Shown in pieces: positions 1 to 10,959 of a DNA stretch of 64,000 nucleotides. Within the stretch, counting starts at the first letter, position 1. The number at the start of each line of letters is the position of its first letter. The notes below the pieces were generated by a model. The model was not told where the DNA came from. It ran no database searches and was given only the letters and a program-made list of their open reading frames with translations. The position numbers and the translations under genes were made by a program. Origin of the DNA: Octopus sinensis (lineage: Eukaryota); NCBI RefSeq assembly GCF_006345805.1, contig NC_043005.1, positions 62,001-126,000 on the forward strand, in the 5' to 3' direction.

Positions 1-275
1 GCTATATTTACATTCATATTCTCCCTCTCTGTTTTTTCTTCTTCTTCTTCTTCTCTCTTCTTCTTCATCATCATCGTTATCATCATCATCGGCATCATCA
101 TCATCGCCACCATCATCACCACCATCTTCTCCTTCTCCTCCTTCTTCTTCTTCTTCTTCTTCATCATCATCGTTATCATCATCATCGTCGTCATAATCAT
201 CACCACCATCACCATCATCGTCATCTTCTCCTTCTCCTTCTCCTTCTCCTTCTTCTTCTTCTTCTTCTTCTTCTC
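1..275. repeat. Compound trinucleotide microsatellite (TTC/ATC/ACC)n
   Basis: Runs of ttc, atc, acc and ctc triplets seen directly. Confidence 0.95.
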
Positions 276-279
276 TCCA

Positions 280-716
280 CCCCTACCCCTTAAGTTTGTC
301 ACTAATGTTTTTTAGTATAACACCTACGCTAATTCTATAAAGAAGCCTATCAATATAAATATTCTCCTGAATTGAACGAGACTGACTGCCAGCGCCACTG
401 ACCATTCAAAATACGACCATCAGGGCACTCCCAGATTCTCCCACCCCTCTTTCCTCACCAGCCTTCTCTCTACTACCCTACCAAGAGCTCACAACTACCT
501 CGAACACACAAGTGCAAACAAGGGAGTCAGAGAAAGCAGAATGCCACTTAAATCTGAACACTACTATAGAAATATTCTTTTAAAAAAACTTTTCTTCTAA
601 TTTTTCTAAATTTAATTATTTAATCGTTACAGTTGAAAAGGTCTCAAAATGACCGAAACCGGTACTGAAATGTTCACTATAAAATTATTTTAGCATTTTC
701 TATTTTTTACTTTGTT

Positions 717-720
<4 letters not shown>
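280..720 (+). mobile_element. Probable Penelope-like element 3' remnant (pLTR) ending in (TA)n
   Basis: Carries a minimal type I hammerhead with palindromic helix III (GAAACCGGTA), typical of PLE pLTRs. Only a weak GIY-YIG C-terminal resemblance upstream (FSLLPYQ...RESE...LNLN). Confidence 0.4.
627..670 (+). ncRNA. Minimal type I hammerhead ribozyme motif, U3:A8 core variant
   Basis: TTACAG / TTGAAAA / GGTC-TCAAAAT-GACC / GAAA-CCG-GTA / CTGAAA. Stem I CAG:CTG, 4-bp stem II, palindromic ACCGGT helix III, GUA cleavage triplet. Confidence 0.6.
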
Positions 721-752
<32 letters not shown>

Positions 753-771
753 TGTGTTGTGTGTATGTGTG

Positions 772-2033
772 TTCCTTTAAGTTCTGTCTAAATTTTGAAT
801 AAAGGAAACAAGTGATCAAATGTTATATTTAATTGAAAGTTAATCATCAATGTACTTTCCCTGATTATCAATGACTTCTTCCATCTATTTACAAGCTTTT
901 TAATCCCATCAATGTAAAACTCTTTTGTTTCAAAGGGAAGAACTCTGAAATGTCAGTTTCGACCTCCTCCTGGCTTGCGAAAGTTACGTCCCCCAAATTA
1001 TTCTGTAAAATACGAAACAAATGGTAGTCTGAAAGAGCAAGGTCGGGAGAATAAGGTGGACGAGGAATTTTTTCCAACCAAGCTCTTCGATCTTCTGTGA
1101 TGTGATCTTTGCAGCGTGGGGTCGTGCATTGTCCTGATGAAATATCACTCCTTTTCGAATCACTAAAGCGGGTCTTTTTTTCCTTCAAGCTTGGTTCAAA
1201 CGCTCTAATGCTGACACTTGCTTTGAACATTGATTGTTGAATTAGGTGGTAACAATTCAAAGTGAATTACTCCTTTGCAATCCGAGAGAAGAACTATTTT
1301 CCATGAAGTTCCCTTCTCAGTTGTGGTTGAGTTTTTTCCCTTTTACCAGGTCACTGTTTACGACATTTACATTTTGATAGAAGATCCATTTTCGTCACCA
1401 GTCACAAGTCTATCCAAAAGGGGTGAAATGAGTTCACGAGAATGGAGAGAAGAGCAGATGTCAACTCGGGATTTGCGGTTGCTTTCGGACAATTCATGAG
1501 GCACCCATTTTCCAAGTTTAGAAAACCTTCCAATTTGTTGAAGATGACGATGAATAGTTGTATGGTTTGAACTAAGCTTTATTGCCAATTCTTCACTGAT
1601 AATGCAGGATTTTCTTCAAGTAATGCCTCAAGGAGCTTATCATCAAACTCAACTGGACGTCCTGTTCAATCTTCATCTTCAAGGCTGAAATCGCCACTTC
1701 TGAGTTTTGCAAATCATCTTCATCAAGTTCTTTCATTCAAGCATTGTTCCCATAAACTGAGTGTATGTTTCGAGTCGCTTCGGCTGCAGAGTTTCTTTTT
1801 TTGTACTCATAAAGCATTAGGTGCCTCAAATGCTCTTTGAATACTTCCATGTTAGAAAGTATTTTAATCAAAGAACTTTTAATTCTATTATTCTGTAAAA
1901 TAATATTTGATTAGTTTAAATGTACACAAATGCATAAAAGTAATTTTTAATTCCATTAGACATTCTAAAATACTATTAAATTTCTTTTAATTCCAAAAAG
2001 GTAAAATTGGACAGAACTTATGGGATGACCTGA
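772..2033 (-). mobile_element. Degenerate mariner (DD34D) transposon
   Basis: WVPHEL...LVTGDE (1367-1588) and PPYSPDLALSDYHLF (889-1260) motifs. TIR aaaattggacagaacttatgggatgacctga+TA at 2003-2035, with partial inverted copy at 772-796. Confidence 0.9.
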
Positions 2034-2043
2034 TATATGTATG

Positions 2044-2137
<94 letters not shown>

Positions 2138-2204
2138 TATACATATATAAGAATTAAAAAAGGAAAATACGCACACTTACATTGTTATAGTATAATTTTT
2201 AATG

Positions 2205-2237
2205 TATTGACCGGTTTCGCAATCGCTATTCATGATA
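2205..2237 (-). ncRNA. Hammerhead motif in sense pLTR (A3:U8 variant, stem I mismatch)
   Basis: Minus strand TATC ATGAATA GC-GATT-GC GAAA CCG GTC AATA. Confidence 0.5.
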
Positions 2238-3486
2238 TAATGTTTAATTTATATGAAAATATATTTTTTCTTAAGAAGAAATATGGTCCATGTTATTTGT
2301 AATGAAATTCACGAGTGAAAGATTTTACAAGTTGACAAGTAAAGGGAGGTAATTGGTTGTTATTATTGTTATTGTTGTGTGTAAGTGAGATAACTGTTTA
2401 AGTTTTGGGTAGGGAATAAATGTTACAGAAAGGAGACAGGTTTAAAAAAGGCCTTGTTTCTTAGGGGATTTATGTACAGTGATGTAGTGTGTAAAAATAT
2501 AAAAATATAAAAGTTGGTTATGCGTGCTTATTAAGATGCATTTTGTATTTTTCAATGAAAACAGTTTCTTTATTTAAGCGTTCTATTTGAGAGATTGTGT
2601 CTTTGCACTGGTAGAAATGGAAGACTGTAAAATTTGGTTTGATGTTACCTGCACATTTTTCTATGTGTTCACCAAGAGGAATTTGTCTGTATTGCGGGAA
2701 ACGGATTTTCTCCTTATGCAGAGTGATTCTCTTCCTCAAAGTTAAAGTTGTCCAATGTACTGATGACTGCAACCCGAGCAGGTTATTACATAAATTAGGT
2801 TCTCAGAGGCACAGGTGAAACTAGTTTTAATTGTGAACCTCTGTCCTCGTTTGAAAAGGAAATCCGAGCCTTCAAGCAGGTGGGGGCAGGTTCCACATTT
2901 CGGCGTCCACATTTTTTCAACCGTTGGTTTCGTGGTTGTTTTGTAAAGCTTCGCGTTTGTTAGTAGTCTCTTTAGCGATTTGTCTTGTTTTTTGCATTTG
3001 ATGAGTTTGTGTGTTTTCAGGATGTCGTTCATTTTTGGATCTCTAGTTAGTAAAGGGAGAGTTTGCACAATAGTGTTGAATGCCTCACTGTTTCTGGGGT
3101 TGTGTGTTGATATAAAAATAAGGTTCCGGTTTGAGGTGTGGTGCTATGTTTTTTTGTTCTTAGTGTTTTTGTGTCTAATTGTTTGGCACGTTTAATTCCC
3201 TCGTCGATAAGAGAGGGTGGATATTGTCTTTCAATAAGTGTTGTTTTGAGGTCTTGAAGACGAAGGTCCCGAGTTGTTCTATCAGACACTATTGTGCAGA
3301 TCATTTTTGCTAAGTTAAAAGGGATGTTTATCTTTATGTGTTTCGGGTGGCATGAGTTAAAATGAAGATATTGTTTGGAGCCAGTTGGTTTATAATAAAT
3401 GTCAGTTATGATTTCATTGTTAACTTTTTTTATATTTTTATATTTCTTCTTAAGAAAAAATATATTTTCATATAAATTAAACATTA

Positions 3487-3519
3487 TATCATGAATAGCG
3501 ATTGCGAAACCGGTCGATA
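3487..3519 (+). ncRNA. Hammerhead motif in inverted pLTR (A3:U8 variant)
   Basis: TATC ATGAATA GC-GATT-GC GAAA CCG GTC GATA. 4-bp stem I, 2-bp stem II, palindromic ACCGGT, GUC triplet. Confidence 0.55.
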
Positions 3520-3629
3520 CATTAAAAATTATACTATAACAATGTAAGTGTGCGTATTTTCTTTTTTTAATTTCTTATATACATAACAATCTACCACGTG
3601 GGGACAACCGAAATCCCTTTTTTCTGTTA

Positions 3630-3687
<58 letters not shown>

Positions 3688-3733
3688 TGCATATATGTGT
3701 AAACATAGATATAACATAAACATTCATTCTTAC

Positions 3734-3775
3734 CGTGTATATCAAATCTTTTTCGTTGCGCGGCAATGTTTCCAA
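3734..3775 (-). CDS. 42-nt coding exon of a lipoxygenase-like gene (LETLPRNEKDLIYT)
   Basis: CAG acceptor after a pyrimidine-rich tract, GTAAGA donor, phase 0/0. Joins the 7280-7485 exon to give GFPLK-LETLPRNE, resembling the animal LOX segment GFPL...LPRD. Confidence 0.65.
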
Positions 3776-3987
3776 CTGTCCAGGTAGAAACAGAAAATGG
3801 TTAAAATCAATTATATTATTTAACTTATGAGCATCCTTCCAATTGAAATTGTGTTATTTAATTATGTTTCCTTGCGTCTTTACATCAAATGTCACCACGA
3901 TCCAGTTTAACTTTCCTAATTCCAGAGGAGGAGATCGATAATATAAAGAAGCAATCAATATCGGTACTGTTAAGGTCACCTGAAAAT

Positions 3988-4204
3988 AATCTTTTCTACT
4001 CTAGGCACAAGGCCTGAAATATTGGGGGAGGGGACTAGTCGATTACATCGACCCCAGCGTTTCAGTAGTACTTAATTTATCGACCCCGAAAGGATGAAAA
4101 GCAAAGTCGACCTCAGAAGAACTTGAACTCAGGACGTAGTGACAGGCGAGATACCGTTACGCATTTCGTCCAGTGCGCTAACGATTCTGCCAGCTCGCCG
4201 CCTT
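3988..4204 (-). mobile_element. tRNA-derived SINE with Nin-type central domain
   Basis: Minus strand: aaggcggcgagctggcagaatcgttagc head, B-box-like gagttcaagttc, core tttgcttttcatcctttcggggtcgataaattaagtac. A second copy lies at 39718-39931. Confidence 0.85.
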
Positions 4205-5118
4205 CAACCAATAATGTGTGTATCCTTGTGGGCATTTGAAAAATCTTTATGAATTATTACACAAAGATAAAAGGTTAGAAATAGCAGCCAAAATTACCCT
4301 TAAATAACACAATCCAGTGCTGTGGAGCACGTCGTTCAATGGGACATCTGGACGGCTTCCGATTAGCTGAGGTTCTACATATCGTTTATAGTACTGTGTA
4401 GATTCGTACCCGTGGTAAAAAAAATAATTTGGACTCCATAGTTACTGGTCTCAACCGATCGAGTTATAAAATATGCAAACAGAGGAACACTTTCTGATTA
4501 ACGAATGTTTCTTTCCGTTTGCAACGATGATATGATATCGTTCTACCTGCTGGAAATAGCAGTTAAATACCACGCTACCACTGCTTAAAAATCATTTTAT
4601 TCTGTAATACCAGGTATACGATCATACATGAAAGGTAAGACAAGGCTAGAATATTTATGATCACATATCTGCCAGATTGACTTGGATTTAAGTTTATTTC
4701 GAGAGGGGAAAACCAAAGAAAGTCTCTATGCAGCGGCATGACCTGCTAGAAATAGCTGCCCCATACCTCTCAAATCACAGGGTATCCCCTTTAAAAGTGG
4801 GACACATTGGAAAGTGTAATTATAGACACTGATGTGAAAATACGACAGGAGAGGTGGTCACAACTGGAACACCGTGATTATGCACTTAGCAACCAGTGAT
4901 ATTGATGCTTTATATCGCTTCTACTTACTATTTTATATAGCTTTCTGTAAAGTGTTATACGCAGGTGTTTCATTTAGCTTTATATTTTATACACTGCTCT
5001 TTCTGCTATTGACATGTCATATACAGGAAGAGCTTATATACAGCCTTACTTTTTGCTTATTGCTTTATCTTTTATTTACAATGCTATACTTTATATAAAG
5101 AGTCATCAGTGGCATGCC

Positions 5119-6755
5119 CAGAGTGTTCAAGTTAAATTTGACGATTTTTTTATGTGTCCTGTTTTCAAGAATAGCTTGATCTATTGATGAACACTCAACG
5201 GCGTTGGAGAGTATAATGATTACAGTTGTAACTGAAAAACAGTGAGGTGACTGGAAGTCATCTGAATATTGGGAAAGAGTTATTTGTATCATGAGGATTC
5301 TCATCAGGTATCGAAATGCCGACTTCATCACTGCTGCTCAACTTACTAAGAACACTGTAAAGGATGTAAGACCTGAGAACGGAGACTACGAAGCTGTGCT
5401 CAGCAGGAAGGGACACACCAAGCGTTCTGATTGCGTCCGTACGCTGGAATATATCCAACAACTGCAGAACAAGGTGATGGCAGATCCAAGCAAAAGAATC
5501 TGAGCCTTGGCGAAAGAGATGCGCGTTAGAGTGAAGTTGGCTCTGAATGAGGACCTTTGTACTACTACTTACCACTAGTACAGGAGGCACAAGGGACACA
5601 TTCTGGTCAAGGACAGCCACTTGACAAAAGAAAATAGGCTTTTGAACAAGATGAGGCACCGTGTCGAGCCGAGGATGAGCTGGTTATTCTCAGAAGAATA
5701 GAACTTCTGCCGGAACCAGTTGCATAACACCTAGAATAACAAGTGGCTTGCCGGCAATCCCCGTGGTGTCCTATTTATCATGAACACCAAGTTTCCCAAC
5801 CTGCAATGGCCTTTGTGTGTGTCTCTAGTCAGGTTGACGTCATACAGCCCCATATCTTTGAACAGGGCCTTAGGCTCGAATCAGACGACTATGCGAAGCT
5901 GCAGGAAACTATGGTCAAATCCTGCTGGAAGGCCATAAGTTAAAGAACAGGATTTATCTCCTTGCCATACTCCAGGAAAGAGTTAGAAGTGATTGTCAGA
6001 GAATTTCTACAACTTTATCAGCCCCAATTTCTAGCCTTCTCAGTCCCCCAATTTTGTGTGCAGTTTAAGGGCAGTTTAACTGCTATGTTTAGCACATTTA
6101 AAGATCACCTGATATACTTCATGTTTCTACGTTACTCTGACGTATTGATGCTTTTCTATATCCCCCCCCACCATAAACACACTTAATGGTCCCTTGCTGG
6201 AATTTAAGCAAAAAATTCGGACTGTCCATATTTTAAATTCTGAGTAAAAAAAACATTCAAAAAATTCAGAAAATTTTTTATTTATATTATTTACAATTGA
6301 CGGATATTTGTCCTCATCTTATTTGTTGTTAACACAACGTTTCAGGTCACTGCCTGGAATCGAACTCGGAATCTTGGGGTTAGTAGCCCGCGCTCTTAAA
6401 CACTACACCATATGCACGTGGGCAAAAAAAAAATTGCTTAAAAATTCGGAAAATTAAAAAAAAAGAATTACCAAAATCATATGAATTCCTTTGTGTAGAA
6501 CTCAAATTTGCAAAATATTTTTGACAATTTAAAAAAATAAAAGGTTATAGGGTGCTTAACGCAAAATTCCGCTGAAGATTTTGCCAGTAACACAGTGAGG
6601 AACGCACGTGCCAGGTTGCAGAGCCGTCTTGAGACCGTGATGGAAGCTGTGGGTGGCTATTTTGAATAAACTGCCATCTTTATATTTTTATTTTTATATG
6701 AGATGTTATTTTCTTTTCTTTTTAAGCAGACTGTCAAATTTAACCTGAACATCCT
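5119..6755 (+). mobile_element. Degenerate Tc1/mariner maT (DD37D)-like transposon with internal insertion
   Basis: TIRs tgttcaagttaaatttgac (5124-5142) and gtcaaatttaacctgaaca (6733-6751). Broken transposase motifs FSEE*NF..N, TKFP, QPHIFEQGL, QDLSPCHT...SENFYNF, RLETVMEAVGGYFE*. Foreign sequence at about 6050-6580. Confidence 0.8.
6332..6422 (-). mobile_element. tRNA-like SINE head fused to a GAAACGTTGTGT remnant
   Basis: A box TGGTGTAGTGTTTA and B box GAGTTCGATTCC on the minus strand. No acceptor stem or CCA. Confidence 0.6.
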
Positions 6756-7279
6756 TTATGTGATAACTCCATAGCAATTAGATTATAAAAATCCTTGAGA
6801 AATGTATTTTGTCGTTGACCACTGGGTCAGTCCTGGACAAGAAAAACTATGGTTTTTTAAAATTAGATATTTGAACAATAGGAATGACGTATGTTGAGGG
6901 GAAATTTGGCTACTATTTCTAGCAGATTGAAGGGTTACATAATGTAGTTTCTTGGTTGCTCTAAGTCTACGATGTAGGTTTGATTCATGGCCAGAGAAAT
7001 TTAACTGTAATGGGAAATTCAATTGCTAATAACAACTACCAAAGTAGGAAGTCTAAAATTATTTCATATACAACGTTATTATAAAATATTCTCTTGAATT
7101 TTGTTTACAAAACACATAGCCGATCCCATTCGCACTAATCGGTAGTATGGTTACCAGGCAAGCGATAAATTCATGGCTGGACTCAGCCATATAATTCTTA
7201 CCATTTTGGGCTTAATTATAAATAGAAAACAAAACAATTAAAAATCATCTTTTTATTACAATACCAGATATATACTCAC

Positions 7280-7485
7280 CTTAAGAGGGAAGCCCTCTAC
7301 GTATTTTAACTTATAGAGGTCACGATTCTTCTGCATTTCATTTATTCGTTCGGCTTTACATGGATCTTTCTCTCGCGTTAATGGAGGAAGATTGATGGGA
7401 TGACGTGATCCTGGCCTGAACCAGCTAAAAATACCAATATTTGGTGCAGCTCCCTGGTGGGAGCTTGTCATCAGATCATCCATTT
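7280..7485 (-). CDS. Coding exon of a lipoxygenase-like gene (N-terminal part of the catalytic domain)
   Basis: Polypyrimidine tract + AAACAG acceptor, AAG|GTGAGT donor, 2 nt + 68 open codons. W.RP...I...D..K..R..E....R..Y...GFPL pattern recalled from animal arachidonate lipoxygenases just after the PLAT domain. Confidence 0.7.
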
Positions 7486-7566
7486 CTGTTTTTAGAAAAT
7501 AGAGAATGAAAGACTTGTGTCATATTACAGCAATAACCCAAACAGTTTTAGTTTTCTCAATATATG

Positions 7567-7623
<57 letters not shown>

Positions 7624-7636
7624 AGCTATACACACA

Positions 7637-7675
<39 letters not shown>

Positions 7676-8084
7676 TTAAGTCACAATATATGGCTTCAAG
7701 TAATCCGGGAATATTCATAAAAAAGCTACTTAATGTATCATTCTACGAAACAGAATACAAAGGAAAATGATAAGGAGTGTATAACAATATAAATGACGGG
7801 AGTAAATATAATGATAAAGTTTATTTAACTATAAGAAAATTCAAATATCACAACACATTGTTTTGTAATTTAAGGCATGTTAACATAATTTATTTTGTTA
7901 TATTTAATAATAAATTACTTATCTTCAAAAATCGTTTAAACAATGCAGAAATTAAGCTACATCCTTAGATGAAAGAAAACTCTTTCTTAAATACTAAATA
8001 CTTTAGAATCTAACAAAGATTTTTCTTTTCACCTGAGAATTTAGTTAAAATTTCTGCTTTGTTTTAAACGATTTTTTGTATTAA

Positions 8085-9380
8085 TGCAGACATGTAAGTC
8101 ACTCATATCGCTTGACCGTCGTGTCTTGTCCCAGACATTGGTCTGATTACGCTGGAGCTTATACTCCTCCGCTTCTTATGGAGGGGATGCGTCCCGGTGG
8201 TCAGGCGGTCTATCTGCTGTCAACACCCGTTGCGTGGTGGACTGAGCATGGTGGTTGATGATGTGCAGTTATGCACTGAGGCTACGAGAACTCCAGTGCT
8301 TCCTTGACGGTGAACAGGTGTGATTGCCATTCGCCAGACACGTATTTCCGCAGCTAGTTTCTTTAGCGGAGATGCAGTCCTTGGTAAAACAGAGACCGAG
8401 GGGGAGCATTTGGAAAGTGGAATGTCTTCAAGTGCTTCCCTCAGCTAATAGGGAACTGCTTAGGTGGAACATCCACTTTAGTATTTTATAGAGGATTAGT
8501 GGAGGAAAAGTGCGACAATGTTATTGGGTGGCCTTGGGCATCGAGGGAGATCTGCTAGTCGCTCTTTTCCGGAGAACTTTCGGGCCGTGACCAATGGATA
8601 ATTTCCAAAAATCTCTGACCTGGAAGTGCTACTGGGTAGCTTTGCCTGTTCGGGATAAACTTTACAGGCACGGAAGTGTCGTCAGCCGAGCATGTCCGAG
8701 ATGCATGCAAGACGACGAGAAAGTCCTGTATGCACTCGTCCAGTGCCCGAGCATTGCTGTCCTCTGGGTTTATGTCGGACACCTGCTGTCGCGTGTGGGA
8801 CGGATCCGGCTGTCAACTGAATCCATTGCGAAGATCACCCTGCCGCCTTCCCTTAGCCGGGAAGGAAAGGCTGTTTTTATATGTCTGGTGGCCATGGCGA
8901 AAGAGGTTGTATGGTGGACGAGATTGAAGGGACTGAAGACAAACACTTTTCTCTTTGGCCAATCCCTGTTGAACTTTTTCAAGTTTGAAAAGGAAAATAA
9001 AGGTCGAGAGGGAAGTGTTGTCTTCTAACCAGTTTGCTGAAAGGTGGATGAAAGTGGCGAGAATGGTGCGAGTGAACGAGCCTGCCCTGAGCATTCGCCT
9101 GTAGTTGGAAAAAAGGAAAGGAAAATAGGCACCTACCCCAAAAGTCAGGGTACCCATGGTTTTTTTACGGGCTTTTTCCATGAGCATCCCTCGAACGTCT
9201 CCTCCCTACTGAGGATTACACAGCGTTGATTTCTCTCTCATTGAAAAAAATTTGTTAGACTTGCTTACACGCAAAATCCTTACACATATCTCTCACACAT
9301 ATACACGAGTTTTTGTTTTGTCCTGAGCTGTCCATAATGTTTTTCTAATGTAAACCTTTGTGGTAAATAAAGAAATCATC
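8085..9380 (+). mobile_element. 5'-truncated Tx1/L1-clade LINE (ORF2 C-terminus + 3' UTR)
   Basis: YRLTVVSCP...RFLWRG and DNFQKSLTWKCY..LPVRDKL..CPRC....ALVQC are homologous to ORF2 at 51100-52100. Ends with ACC-TTTGT-GGT hairpin + AATAAAGAAAT. Confidence 0.85.
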
Positions 9381-9386
9381 ATCGTT

Positions 9387-9430
<44 letters not shown>

Positions 9431-9499
9431 AAACAGTTTGCTTCAACCCCATGTGATGTAACGTTTTGTAGCAGAAGTTCGTCTCTTTCATTAGATTAC

Positions 9500-9915
9500 C
9501 AAATGGAGAAACACAGGAACTTGTATCCAGGTATGGGTGGCGTTTCTGGTATTCCTTGAAGAAAATTGTCCGTTTAAAGTGATGGGATCCTTTTTCCTTT
9601 TTTATCAGTTTTGGGACAATGTTAAATAGGGGAGAGCCTGTTGAGGAAAAGTTGTGTCGCAGTGTACCTATATGTTGTGATCCTGAATTGTGCCGGGTAC
9701 GTATGGCCCGTGGTCCCAGCCTTGGATGAACCTTGAAACTAATGTCCAGGTCGTTTGGGCAATGCAGAAAGTATTTTCTTCACATTGTGCAATTGATGTA
9801 CCGCTCGCGGCGGCGCTGGAGAGAGTAGAGTTTCAAGGCTTTAAGGTGGTGGGGCAGTAATCGAGATCAGTCATGCCTTCAATTCGTTTAGTGAGTGCCC
9901 TCTGGGGTGATTCAA
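9500..9915 (-). mobile_element. CR1-type LINE 3' fragment
   Basis: QRALTKRIEGMTDLDY, HCPNDLDISFKVHPRLGPRAIR; same family as 62876-63838. Confidence 0.8.
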
Positions 9916-10321
9916 TATATATAGAAGGGGTGTATTTCCACGCGGGAAAAAGTATAGGAGAATTTGTTTTTGAATATGCACCTGACTTTGAAAAACTTGC
10001 TTTTAAATAAATTAATTTACATACATACCAATAATTTTCAATAATTTTTTGTCAATAGTATAAACGTATATAAAACAATGCGAAGAAGAAAACTAGTTTA
10101 AATGATTAAATGTTCACAAAATTCAATAACAGGGGTAGATAATATCAAAAATGATCGGCGAAGAATATAAAAAATGTGGATTACTAGAAGTTCAGTGAAA
10201 CTGAGTTATTATAGAATATTTGGACAAGAGAGAGAAAAGAAAAAAAATCTTGCGTGTTATTCTTTTTCCGTCGCGTACAGGGCTTTTCGCTTTTAACGGA
10301 ATGTTTTGGAATTAGTATATG

Positions 10322-10378
<57 letters not shown>

Positions 10379-10447
10379 GTGATCTCGTGAGCACCGCAAG
10401 CAATTTTTTTCCTCTGTCTTCCTTATCAGGATCTTTCCTTCTCCTTT

Positions 10448-10482
10448 GTTTCCGACGAAGAGCTCCGCTCGAAACGTTAAAC
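10448..10482 (+). ncRNA. Minimal hammerhead motif (C4 variant, extra A after A9)
   Basis: GTTT CCGACGA A GAGC-TCC-GCTC GAAA CG TT AAAC. Helix III is the loopless palindrome ACGT. Lies in a ~215-bp module bounded by (TA)n. Confidence 0.55.
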
Positions 10483-10579
10483 CCTCCTTCTTCCCTTCTT
10501 TCCTGGGCTTCCAATAATACTTTAATTGTTCCACGTCCTCGCGTTCCTGTGTTTTTTTTCTGTGTTTTCTTGTTTGGAT

Positions 10580-10627
<48 letters not shown>

Positions 10628-10959
10628 TCTCCGCGGACGGATCTAATTTTTGATTCGTTATAATTCTGATGGTCAAGTTTAGCGTTCTGCTTGGTTGACC
10701 CGGTTGGTTGATTCTCATAAAGGGTCAGTTTGTTTTCCTGAGGGTCCGGTTCTGATTGGAAGTAAAATTCCATTCGTCTAGTGATTGGTAACGTCAGCAA
10801 CTGGTGTTTGAGAGGGTGTATGGTGTTATTGGATAGTATAGGTGTGTAGTTATTGTATAGAGTTGCAGTTTCGAAACCCAGGTGGAAGACTGTTACTAAA
10901 GTTTTCGAATTATGTCTGTTGTATCTGGTTGTTTTTTTGTGGAGAAATTGAGCCTCTTC

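Larger units (their letters stand above)
2146..3580 (-). mobile_element. 5'-truncated Penelope-like element (RT thumb + GIY-YIG) with inverted pLTR copy
   Basis: TDIYYKPTGSKQYLHFNSCHPKHIKINIP (PLE RT C-terminus), CGTCPH...NLIYVITCSGCSHQYIGQ (GIY-YIG). About 140-bp inverted repeats at 2146-2284 and 3440-3580. Confidence 0.9.

Noticed and set aside
10625-10950. Open minus-strand frame TRYNRHNSK...SVRGE
   Set aside because: No recognisable motif and no splice support; probably part of an unclassified repeat.
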